A stretch of DNA of 24,000 bases from assembly GCA_050743645.1 (NCBI GenBank), contig JBOGEK010000082.1, positions 1 through 24,000 of the forward strand, written 5' to 3'. Shown piece after piece: positions 1 to 8,109 of the stretch. The position numbers were made by a program, and so were the translations under genes. The notes under the pieces were generated by a model. The model was not told the origin of the DNA, did no database searches, and was given only the letters and a program-made list of their open reading frames with translations. Within the stretch, counting starts at the first letter, position 1; each line of letters starts with the position of its first letter. The DNA is from Acidothermaceae bacterium (GTDB lineage: Bacteria > Actinomycetota > Actinomycetes > Acidothermales > Acidothermaceae).

Positions 1-2
1 GT

Positions 3-1085
3 TCCGATGCGTTCTGCTCGGCACACATCGGCGACATGGGCAGCCTCGACACCTTGCGCGCGTTCGAGCGAGCGGTCGAACAGTTGACGACGTTGCACCA
101 GGTGCGCCCGACCATTATTGCGGCCGACGCGCATCCGTCGTATCTGACGCGATCGTGGGCCGAGCGCCATTCCGGCGGCCCCGACGAGCCGGGGTTACAG
201 CTTGTTCAACATCACCACGCACACGTGGTGGCGTTGCTTGCCGAGCACGACCGGCTCGGCGAGCCGGTCATCGGCATCGCCTTCGACGGCACTGGCTACG
301 GCGCCGACGCCACGATCTGGGGTGGCGAGATTTTGCTGCTGGGTAGGGATTCGTCGACGTATGAACGTGTCGGCCATCTCGACACGGTTGCGCTACCTGG
401 CGGCGATGCGGCCGTGAAAAACCCCTGCCGGACCGCGCTTTCTTACCTCACGTCGGCCGGCCTGGCATGGGACGACGACCTGCCGGCGGTCAACGCAACT
501 AGCGCCGACGAGCGAGCGGCGATGCTTGCGCAGCTCCCCACCGCCGTCCGATGTTCGAGCATGGGGCGGTTGTTCGATGCGGTCGCGTCGCTGCTCGACG
601 TCCGACATCGAGTGGGATACGAGGCGCAGGCGGCCATCGAACTTGAAGTGCTCGCCGAGCAAGGACGCCGCGATTCGCCGGCGACAGAACTGTCCTTTGA
701 CGTCAGCGAGAATCACGTCCTCGACTACCGACGTCTCGTTCGCGGGATTGTGGTTGCGATGCGTGCCGGCGTGGCTGCCCCGGCGCTTGCGTACGCATTT
801 CACGAGGCAGTCGCGGTTGCCGCCACGCGATGTGCGCGATCACTCGCAGCGCAGACAGGCGTGCGCACCGTTGGGCTCACGGGTGGCGTATTCCAGAACG
901 TGTTGCTGTTGCGGCTGATGCGCGAACGTTTGGAGTCTGCCGATCTCGACGTCCTCGTTCACCGGCGGGTGCCTCCGAACGACGGTGGGCTCGCGCTGGG
1001 GCAGGCGGTAGTTGCGGCATTGCGCGGATCGCGCGAGGTGGGCGAGCGCGAAGCGCAGGCGGTCGGTGGAGAGGAGTCGTCATGA
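3..1085 (+). CDS. hypF: [NiFe]-hydrogenase maturation carbamoyltransferase HypF, C-terminal part (5' end outside window)
   Basis: The frame is open back to nt 3 (SDAFCSAHIGDMGSLDT...), so listed ORF 36..1085 is only the tail of a longer gene. Motifs AADAHPSY, VQHHHAH, GIAFDGTGYG..IWGGE and PPNDGGLALGQ fit the Kae1/YrdC-like C-terminal half of HypF. It lies in one operon with hypE/hypC/hypD. Confidence 0.9.
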   Translation, partial: SDAFCSAHIGDMGSLDTLRAFERAVEQLTTLHQVRPTIIAADAHPSYLTRSWAERHSGGPDEPGLQLVQHHHAHVVALLAEHDRLGEPVIGIAFDGTGYGADATIWGGEILLLGRDSSTYERVGHLDTVALPGGDAAVKNPCRTALSYLTSAGLAWDDDLPAVNATSADERAAMLAQLPTAVRCSSMGRLFDAVASLLDVRHRVGYEAQAAIELEVLAEQGRRDSPATELSFDVSENHVLDYRRLVRGIVVAMRAGVAAPALAYAFHEAVAVAATRCARSLAAQTGVRTVGLTGGVFQNVLLLRLMRERLESADLDVLVHRRVPPNDGGLALGQAVVAALRGSREVGEREAQAVGGEESS

Positions 1086-1900
1086 GCACAGTGCTGGACG
1101 CCGGAGGCGCGTCGTCGCAGGTAGATCTCAACGCACCGCCAAACTCACAGGCTGGAAGTTCGCCCGGGATTCCACCCGACATGCTCGATCGCGGGCTCGC
1201 GGACGATCTCGCGGCCGCGTCGCTAGCACTGGCGCGACGCTTCCACGCGGGCGCAACGATGTGGTGTGTGGCGCCGCAATGGGAGCCGCACGCGCACCAC
1301 ATGGCGGTGGAGTTCGTGCACCCGGTGATCGTCGGAAAGCGCGCGCTGCCCGCGCTCGCGTTGACCGACCACGACTTACTTGCGCAGGCGCGCAGCTCTG
1401 TACGTGCCGGCGACATCGTGATTGCCGTTGCGGCGGCGAACGATCCTGCCGTGAACGCCGTCATGCGCCGGACGCCCGCCTGGGGCGCAATGAGTGTGTG
1501 GATCGGTTCGGGGTTGCGCCCGCACGACGGTGCAGCCGACCACGTGTTATGGATCGCCGATACGAATCCCTTGGCGCCGGCCACCGGCAGGTTCGTCATC
1601 ATGTACCACTTGCTGTGGGAACTCACCCATGTCTGCTTCGAACATCCGGGGCTGCTGGCACCGTCGTCGGCCAGCGACACGACGGAGTGTCGCGACGAGG
1701 TGTGCGTGACGTGCAGCGACGAAGGCCGGCCGGCCGAAGTGATCGCGCCACCGGTTGGTGCGTTCGGCGATGCGTTGGTGCGCACCGCGAAAGGCGAGGA
1801 GCGGATCGACGTCAGCGTCGTCGCGCCGGTCGAGGTCGGCGACTTGGTTCTCGTGCATGCCGGCTCGGCTTTGACGAAAGTGGCGGAGGCGACGTCATGA
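1082..1900 (+). CDS. hyp-operon accessory protein: degenerate SIS (GmhA-like) domain fused to a C-terminal HypC/HupF-like domain
   Basis: ATG 1082 overlaps the hypF stop (ATGA). The longer listed start at 830 lies inside hypF and is rejected. Residues ~40-190 align by eye with the SIS protein encoded next (HHMAVEFVHPVIVGKRALPALAL vs DAATFAALFARPITGRALPAVNL), but the GNGGS loop is replaced by APQWEP. Residues ~203-268 (CRDEVCVTCSDEGRPAEVI...VEVGDLVLVHAGSALTKV) resemble HypC (C...PG.V ... GDWVLVHVGFA). Confidence 0.75.
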   Translation: MSTVLDAGGASSQVDLNAPPNSQAGSSPGIPPDMLDRGLADDLAAASLALARRFHAGATMWCVAPQWEPHAHHMAVEFVHPVIVGKRALPALALTDHDLLAQARSSVRAGDIVIAVAAANDPAVNAVMRRTPAWGAMSVWIGSGLRPHDGAADHVLWIADTNPLAPATGRFVIMYHLLWELTHVCFEHPGLLAPSSASDTTECRDEVCVTCSDEGRPAEVIAPPVGAFGDALVRTAKGEERIDVSVVAPVEVGDLVLVHAGSALTKVAEATS

Positions 1901-2589
1901 CACAGACCGAGAGCACCAACTTCCTCTATCCGTTCATCGATTCTGAAGAACGTGACTCGTCGTCGCTACTCACCGATCTCGCAGCCTCTGCTACCGCGAA
2001 AGTGCACGAGAGCTCGGCCATGCAGCAGGCGACGCTGGCTGAATTCGGTGAGCGCATCGAAGAAGCCGCGGAGCAGATGGCGGAGCGGTTCACCGATCGC
2101 GGGCGAATGTACGCGTTCGGCAACGGCGGGAGCTCGACCGACGCCGCCACGTTCGCCGCACTATTCGCCCGGCCGATCACAGGCCGTGCGCTTCCCGCGG
2201 TGAACCTGGCGGCCGACATGTCGGTCATTACTGCGCTGGGTAACGACGTGGGCTTCGAGCTGGTGTTCTCCCGCCAGATAATTGCTCACTCGAGCGGCCA
2301 CGACGTTGCTGTGGCGTTCTCGACGAGCGGCAACTCCGCCGATCTGATGGCTGCGTTGCGTGAGGCAAAGCATCGTGGCCTGCTGACGATCGGCCTTGCC
2401 GGCTACACCGGCGGCGAGATGGCCGAATCAGATGCCGTCGACTTCTGTTTCGTCGTCCGGTCTCAAAGTATTCACCGTATTCAAGAAAGCCAGGCGCTTC
2501 TCGGTTACCAGCTGTGGTCGGCCGTGCAACGAAAGCTCGCCTCCCGGGCTGAGGGCACAGCCGGACACAGGGCGGAGGCGAAGGCATGA
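1897..2589 (+). CDS. SIS-domain protein, GmhA/phosphoheptose-isomerase-like, hydrogenase-cluster associated
   Basis: ATG 1897 overlaps the upstream stop (ATGA). The upstream part of listed ORF 1012..2589 is an Arg-rich out-of-frame artefact. Motifs YAFGNGGSSTDAATFA, ALPAVNL, ITALGNDVGFELVFSRQ, AFSTSGNS, LTIGLAGYTGG and SIHRIQESQ match the GmhA-type SIS fold. Confidence 0.85.
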   Translation: MTQTESTNFLYPFIDSEERDSSSLLTDLAASATAKVHESSAMQQATLAEFGERIEEAAEQMAERFTDRGRMYAFGNGGSSTDAATFAALFARPITGRALPAVNLAADMSVITALGNDVGFELVFSRQIIAHSSGHDVAVAFSTSGNSADLMAALREAKHRGLLTIGLAGYTGGEMAESDAVDFCFVVRSQSIHRIQESQALLGYQLWSAVQRKLASRAEGTAGHRAEAKA

Positions 2590-3701
2590 CCACCGCAGCC
2601 GAACACCCGGTTGCTGAACAGCCGGTCGATAGCCGTGAAGACCGCGTGCTCGAACGAATCTCGGCTTTTCGCAAGCGCCGTCCGCGGTTGATCGATGACC
2701 TCGTGACCCTGTCGCACGGCGCGGGCGGCAAGTCGTCGGCGGCACTCGTAGACTCCGTTTTCCTTGAGGCGTTCAGGAATCCTGAACTAGAGCAGCTCGG
2801 TGACGGCGCTGTTCTCACGTTGCCGTCGGGGGAGCGGCTGGTGCTGAGCACCGACTCATTCGTCGTTTCGCCACGGCGGTTCCCGGGCGGTTCGATCGGC
2901 CACCTTGCGGTGCACGGAACCGTCAACGATCTCGCCGTCAGTGGTGCGCGGCCGCAGTGGTTGTCGGCGGCCTTCGTCATCGAAGAGGGCGTGGCGATTG
3001 CTGAGCTTCGCGAGATCGTGGCCGACATGGCCGATGCCGCCCGCGCGGCCGGCGTTGCGCTGGTCACCGGCGACACGAAGGTGGTGCCGAAAGGCGCGGC
3101 CGACGGGCTTTACATCACGACGACGGGGGTTGGCGTCATCCCGACGGGTCGTCAGCTGTCGGCATCGCTGGTGCAACCCGGCGACCGGTTGGTGCTCTCA
3201 GGGACAATCGGCGACCACGGAATGTCGGTGATGATGGCGCGCGGCGACCTCGATATCGAAGCGGCGATCGAGTCCGACACCGCGCCGGTCAACGAACTCG
3301 TCGAAGCGTTGCTGGCTGCTGCGCCGCAGACGCGTTGGATGCGCGACCCGACGAGAGGCGGGCTCGGCACGATCTGCAACGAACTGGCGCAGGCCTGCGG
3401 TTACGCGGTGATCCTCGACGAGCTCAGCCTGCCGGTCGCACCGATGGTGCAGGGCGCGTGCGACATCCTCGGTATCGACCCGCTGTATGTCGCCAACGAG
3501 GGCAAATTCCTTGCTGTCGTGCCCGAATCGCAAGCCGACGCGGCTGTCGCGGCGCTGCGTGCACGCCCATCCGGCGCGGCGGCCACCGTGGTCGGCGAAG
3601 TCGTCGCCGAGCCCGAAGGGATTGTTGCGCTGCGCACTGGATTCGGCGGTAGTCGGATCGTCGACATGCTGGTCGGCGACCCGTTGCCGCGCATCTGCTG
3701 A
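2586..3701 (+). CDS. hypE: hydrogenase maturation protein HypE (carbamoyl dehydratase, AIR-synthase-like)
   Basis: ATG 2586 overlaps the upstream stop (ATGA). Has LSHGAGGK, PurM/AIR-synthase-like repeats, and the diagnostic C-terminal ...DPLPRIC ending in the thiocyanate-carrying Cys. Confidence 0.95.
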   Translation: MTTAAEHPVAEQPVDSREDRVLERISAFRKRRPRLIDDLVTLSHGAGGKSSAALVDSVFLEAFRNPELEQLGDGAVLTLPSGERLVLSTDSFVVSPRRFPGGSIGHLAVHGTVNDLAVSGARPQWLSAAFVIEEGVAIAELREIVADMADAARAAGVALVTGDTKVVPKGAADGLYITTTGVGVIPTGRQLSASLVQPGDRLVLSGTIGDHGMSVMMARGDLDIEAAIESDTAPVNELVEALLAAAPQTRWMRDPTRGGLGTICNELAQACGYAVILDELSLPVAPMVQGACDILGIDPLYVANEGKFLAVVPESQADAAVAALRARPSGAAATVVGEVVAEPEGIVALRTGFGGSRIVDMLVGDPLPRIC

Positions 3702-3730
3702 CCCGTGGTTACCGAACGGAAGGAACCGCC

Positions 3731-4003
3731 ATGTGCCTAGGAATTCCGGGCCGTGTGGTCGAGATGGTCGATCCCGCCCATCATCTGGCGAAGGTCGACG
3801 TGAACGGCATTCGCCGCACGATCAGCGTGCGACTGCTCGCCGAGGAGAACGTCGCGCTCGACGACTGGGTGCTCGTGCACGTGGGGTTCGCCATGGCGAA
3901 GATCGACCAGCACGAGGCCGACATGACCCTCGAGGCGGTCAAAAACATGGGCAAGACCTATGACGACGAACTCGATGCGTTCGACAAGTCTTCAATCATT
4001 TAG
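3731..4003 (+). CDS. hypC: hydrogenase maturation chaperone HypC/HupF
   Basis: Canonical N-terminus MCLGIPGRVVEM and DDWVLVHVGFAMAKID. SD GGAAGGAA lies 5-12 nt upstream. Confidence 0.95.
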   Translation: MCLGIPGRVVEMVDPAHHLAKVDVNGIRRTISVRLLAEENVALDDWVLVHVGFAMAKIDQHEADMTLEAVKNMGKTYDDELDAFDKSSII

Positions 4004-4012
4004 GAGCCGGCA

Positions 4013-5182
4013 ATGAAGTTCGTCGACGAATTCCGCGATCCCGCGGCCGCCCGTGCCTTGGTCACATCGATCAACGAGTTGGCCGGCGCCGACGAGTTCA
4101 AGTTCATGGAGGTGTGCGGCGGCCACACCCACACGATCTATCGGCACGGCATCGAACACGTCCTGCCGCCCAACGTCGAACTCGTGCACGGGCCGGGTTG
4201 TCCGGTGTGCGTGATCCCGATGGGCCGAGTCGACGACGCGATGTGGTTGGCCGAGCAGCCGAACGTCATCTTGACCACGTTCGGCGACATGATGCGGGTG
4301 CCGGGCAGCAAGGGCAGCATGCTTGACGCCAAGGCGCGCGGCTGCGACATCCGGTTCGTGTACTCACCACTTGACGCGTTGAAGATCGCGGTCGACAACC
4401 CCCACAAGGAAGTCATCTACTTCGCTGTGGGTTTCGAGACGACCGCGCCGTCGACTGCCGTGACGCTGGTGCGCGCAAAGGATCTCGGGGTCACGAACTT
4501 CAAAGTGTTCTGTAACCACGTGACGATCGTGCCGCCGATCAAAGCGATTCTCGAATCACCTGACCTCCGGCTGTCAGGCTTTCTCGGGCCCGGTCACGTG
4601 TCGACCGTCGTCGGCAACCGGCCGTACCGCTTCATCCCCGATGTGTACGGCAAACCGGTCGTGGTCGCAGGTTTCGAACCGCTCGACATCTTGCAGTCGG
4701 TGCGCATGCTGCTCGCGCAGATTCGCGAGAACCGCTGCGAGGTCGAGAACCAGTACAGCCGCGTGGTGCGGCCCGAGGGCAACCCGCAGGCGCTCGCGCT
4801 GCTCGGTGAAGTCTTCGAGCTGCGTCCGCATTTCGAGTGGCGCGGGCTCGGTTTCATCAGCCAGAGCGCGCTCAAACTCAACGCCCACTATGCGGCGTTC
4901 GACGCCGAACTCGCGTACAACATGCCCGGCGTTCGAGTGGCCGACCCGAAGGCCTGTCAATGCGGTGAGGTGTTGAAGGGCGTGCTCAAGCCCTGGGAAT
5001 GCAAGGTTTTCGGCACGGCTTGCACACCTGAGACGCCGATCGGAACCTGCATGGTTTCACCCGAAGGGGCTTGTGCGGCGTACTACAACTTCGGGCGGTT
5101 GCATCGCGAGACCGCGCTCCTCGTCGGCAATTCCAGCCAGACGCGACCCGCGAGCGCAGCGAGCGAACTAGCAAGCACGTGA
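4013..5182 (+). CDS. hypD: hydrogenase maturation protein HypD
   Basis: MKFVDEFRD start, CGGHTH, GPGCPVCV, GFETTAP, and C-terminal CQCGEVLKG / CTPETPIGTCMVSPEGACAAYY cysteine motifs. AGGAG overlaps the hypC stop 6 nt upstream. Confidence 0.95.
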   Translation: MKFVDEFRDPAAARALVTSINELAGADEFKFMEVCGGHTHTIYRHGIEHVLPPNVELVHGPGCPVCVIPMGRVDDAMWLAEQPNVILTTFGDMMRVPGSKGSMLDAKARGCDIRFVYSPLDALKIAVDNPHKEVIYFAVGFETTAPSTAVTLVRAKDLGVTNFKVFCNHVTIVPPIKAILESPDLRLSGFLGPGHVSTVVGNRPYRFIPDVYGKPVVVAGFEPLDILQSVRMLLAQIRENRCEVENQYSRVVRPEGNPQALALLGEVFELRPHFEWRGLGFISQSALKLNAHYAAFDAELAYNMPGVRVADPKACQCGEVLKGVLKPWECKVFGTACTPETPIGTCMVSPEGACAAYYNFGRLHRETALLVGNSSQTRPASAASELAST

Positions 5183-5958
5183 ACTCGGGAGAGCGGCTCT
5201 TCGCCCGGTACGCATACGCACCCAACGACCTCGGATACTGCGGACCTGCCGAAACTGCTGAACTTTTCGAACTCGGTGCTACCAGTCACAGTGCTCGTAG
5301 CATCCGCCCGATAGCCGAACGGTTTTCTGGTGCCTGGCCGTATGCGCAGTTGCTCGCCGAGGTCGCCGGTATCGACGATCCGCTTGACGAACGCGTGATG
5401 CGTGCGTACTGGACGGGCAGCCCGCTGCTCGACGCGATCGACCGTGAGGCATTCGGCATCAAGCTGATCGATCGCTTCGGCTCCGAAGCGGGTCATTACT
5501 GGGCTCATCTGACCCCCGACTTGCTGCCTGAAGCGATGCCTACCCATGGATTCCATGTGTTCGGCGTCTATCCCTGGTCGCGACTGTTGTGTGGCGACAC
5601 GGCGGTCGCGGCGCTGCAGGTGCTCGACAACTGCCGGATCCGCTGGGGTCAGGTAGAACGCGTCGACGGTGCGCACGTGGTCGTGCGGTCGGAGCGCCTG
5701 ACATGGGACGGCCGGGCACTCGCACTCGGGCACCCAGCGACAGAACGTGTTCGACTGAGTATGGGTGGCGTCGGATTCGTCGACGCTCCCGTCGCAGGCG
5801 AATGGCTCGCACTGCACTGGGACTGGGTGTGCGAACGCCTGACCACCCAAGACCTCGATTGCCTACAACGCTGGACGACGTGGCAACTTAGCGCGACGAA
5901 CGCCCGGCTGGCTTCGACCGAGCCGCGTCGAGCTTCGCCGCCGTCGACGAACCATTAG
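5179..5958 (+). CDS. conserved hypothetical protein of the hyp operon (N-terminal RYAYAPNDLGYCGP domain; C-terminal HypC-like segment)
   Basis: GTG 5179 overlaps the hypD stop (GTGA). The listed TTG 5071 start lies inside hypD. High GC3 throughout. I tentatively recall the N-terminal motif from an uncharacterised actinobacterial DUF (possibly DUF6390), unverified. The C-terminal part NCRIRWGQVERVDG...GEWLALHWDWVCERL parallels HypC. Confidence 0.7.
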   Translation: MNSGERLFARYAYAPNDLGYCGPAETAELFELGATSHSARSIRPIAERFSGAWPYAQLLAEVAGIDDPLDERVMRAYWTGSPLLDAIDREAFGIKLIDRFGSEAGHYWAHLTPDLLPEAMPTHGFHVFGVYPWSRLLCGDTAVAALQVLDNCRIRWGQVERVDGAHVVVRSERLTWDGRALALGHPATERVRLSMGGVGFVDAPVAGEWLALHWDWVCERLTTQDLDCLQRWTTWQLSATNARLASTEPRRASPPSTNH

Positions 5959-8036
5959 CCAGCCGGCATGTCGAGGCTGAACCACACGACCTTGCCCCGT
6001 TCTTCGGTCTCGATGCCCCACCGTGACGACAGCAACTCAACGAGTTGGAGTCCGCGGCCCGACGTGTCGTCGGTCCCCGGATCGCTGTAATGGGGCAACC
6101 GGTGTGATTCGTCGTAGACGCCGACTGTTAGAACCGTCGGCGTGCACGAAAGCCGCACGTCGAGAAACGCATCCGACTGTCGTGACGCGTTGGAGACGAG
6201 CTCGGTCACGAGTAACGCAGCCGTTTCTGTGACGTCGGAGGGTACTGACCAGGCAGCCAAGATGTCGGTAAGAAACCATCGGGCGATAGGCGCGGACGAC
6301 GGCAAAGCAGGCAAGCGGCGCACAATGTTCGGGCGGTCATCGACATTCCCGCCAGGCATCCGTAGCAACACCAGGGCGACATCGTCTCGTCGAGGTTGAC
6401 CATCGGTCAGGTCGGCGAGCAACGCATCGGCCAGCACGTCGACGTCGTCGTCAAGACGTTCACTTAGCAGCGCGGCAACCCGATCTAGGCCGGTGTCCGG
6501 CGTCCGGCTGGCTGATTCGACGAGGCCGTCACTGCAGATCGCAAGCAGTGCGTGTGGCGGCAGATGCACAGTTTCTTCTTGCCACTCCGCGAGTTCTTCG
6601 ACTCCGAGCGGGAGTCCGCCACGACCGTCGAGCAGCCGTGGCGCGCGGCCCGGGGCGACGACGACGGTCGGCAAATGACCCGCTCGAACCCACGTCACCA
6701 GACGCGAATCGGGATGCACCTGCAAGTAGCTCATCGTCACCAGGCGATCGCCTGCAGCTTGCGCGACGAAGGAGTTCGCCGCTGCCGCCACTCGCGCGGG
6801 TGGCAGTCCCGATCTCGCATGCGAATGCACGATGGCGCGAACCTGTCCCATCAAGGCAGCCGCTTCGAGGTCATGGCCTTCGACGTCGCCGACGACAACC
6901 GCCATCGCGTTCGATCCCACGAGCAAGGTGTCGTACCAGTCGCCCCCTACTTCGGTGCCTGCATCGGCGGCGCGATATCGCACCGCGAGATCGACGCCCA
7001 ACATCGAACGCTGTGGCTCCGCCGGCAACAAGCTGCGCTGCAGGGTGAGTGCTGCCCGGCGTTGCTCCGAATAGTCGCCGGCATGGGTCAGCGCGATCGC
7101 AGCCCGTTCGGCGAACTGCTCGAGTACCGCCCGATCGCGCGCATCGAACGCTTCTTCACCATGCGGCCGGACGACGGAAAGCGCCCCGAGTCGGCGGGGT
7201 TCGCGACCTATCGGCACCGTGATGAAGTACCTCGGCTGCAGCCGTCTGATGAGTTCGGAGTGTCGCGGTGAAGTCGCCGATGCGATCAGCGCATCGGTGT
7301 CGACGACGCCAATGCGAGTCGTTCCGTTGCGCGCCGCTTGCACTGCATACGATTCGGCCTGCCGGTCGGGCCGACCCGAAACCCGCGGCTGCGTTTTCAT
7401 CTCGTCAATGAGCTCCTGCTTGGCGGGGTCATAATGCGTGGCACCGATACGCAAAAGCGATCCGTCGGGTTGCCAGAGGTCGAGCAGCCCCCAACCAGAA
7501 AACAGCTGGGCGGCGAGCCGGGTGACCGCCGCGGTCACCTGGTCGACGTCGAGCGATCGGGACAGCTCGACACTCACTCGGTCGAGCGCCCGCGCGGCCC
7601 GTAGCCGCTCGTCTTCCGCCGCGGGGTCAGTGACGCTGATCGCTTGGCTGAATACGCCGACAAGGTCGCCATCGAGGTTTCGCAACGGGCTGCATACGGC
7701 GTCGACCAACGTGTGGGGCCGCACATCGTCGGGTTGTCCGACCGGTGCTTGGGTGAACCGCAATTCTTCGCCGCTTGCCCATACCTGCTCGAGCGCCAGC
7801 ACGAAGCGGGGTAGATCAGCGAAGACGTCCCGTGCTGGCCGCCCGACCGCGCGGACACCGTGCAAAGTGCGCGATGCCACGTTCTGATATGCGAGCAGCT
7901 GCTCAGCTCCGGCGAAGATCACGGTGCGCGCTGGGGCGGACTCCAGGGCCGCGAGCATCGGTCGCCATTGCTCGCCGAGCAGCATCGCAGCCTCATCGAG
8001 CGGTTGCGTGTCTTTGCGTGCTGCCGGCACGGTCAC
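5955..8036 (-). CDS. multidomain signalling protein: PAS-like + GAF + PP2C/SpoIIE phosphatase + HATPase_c (RsbW-like anti-sigma kinase) domain
   Basis: PP2C block: LQRSLLP...VRYRAADAGTEVGGDWYD...VVVGDVEGHDLEAAALMG...AGH...DGLVE...DDVALVLL. C-terminal part: LLVTELVSNASRQS...GRGLQLVELLSSRWG is RsbW-like. The preceding ~330 aa look like PAS plus GAF. Start is GTG 8036 (GTG 8030 is also possible). Confidence 0.85.
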   Translation of the reverse strand: MTVPAARKDTQPLDEAAMLLGEQWRPMLAALESAPARTVIFAGAEQLLAYQNVASRTLHGVRAVGRPARDVFADLPRFVLALEQVWASGEELRFTQAPVGQPDDVRPHTLVDAVCSPLRNLDGDLVGVFSQAISVTDPAAEDERLRAARALDRVSVELSRSLDVDQVTAAVTRLAAQLFSGWGLLDLWQPDGSLLRIGATHYDPAKQELIDEMKTQPRVSGRPDRQAESYAVQAARNGTTRIGVVDTDALIASATSPRHSELIRRLQPRYFITVPIGREPRRLGALSVVRPHGEEAFDARDRAVLEQFAERAAIALTHAGDYSEQRRAALTLQRSLLPAEPQRSMLGVDLAVRYRAADAGTEVGGDWYDTLLVGSNAMAVVVGDVEGHDLEAAALMGQVRAIVHSHARSGLPPARVAAAANSFVAQAAGDRLVTMSYLQVHPDSRLVTWVRAGHLPTVVVAPGRAPRLLDGRGGLPLGVEELAEWQEETVHLPPHALLAICSDGLVESASRTPDTGLDRVAALLSERLDDDVDVLADALLADLTDGQPRRDDVALVLLRMPGGNVDDRPNIVRRLPALPSSAPIARWFLTDILAAWSVPSDVTETAALLVTELVSNASRQSDAFLDVRLSCTPTVLTVGVYDESHRLPHYSDPGTDDTSGRGLQLVELLSSRWGIETEERGKVVWFSLDMPAG

Positions 8037-8109
8037 TCGCCTGAGCGTAGTAGCTGCACTGCCGCTTCGGCACCCAAAGCCGAATGAATCGCACGAAACC
8101 GGCGCGACG

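Noticed and set aside
1012-1896. Upstream extension of the SIS-protein ORF (listed as 1012..2589, 525 aa); similarly the 830..1081 extension of the fusion gene
   Set aside because: The extended parts overlap hypF and the fusion gene in other frames and translate to Arg-rich nonsense. ATGA-coupled internal starts at 1897 and 1082 give proteins beginning at sensible N-termini.
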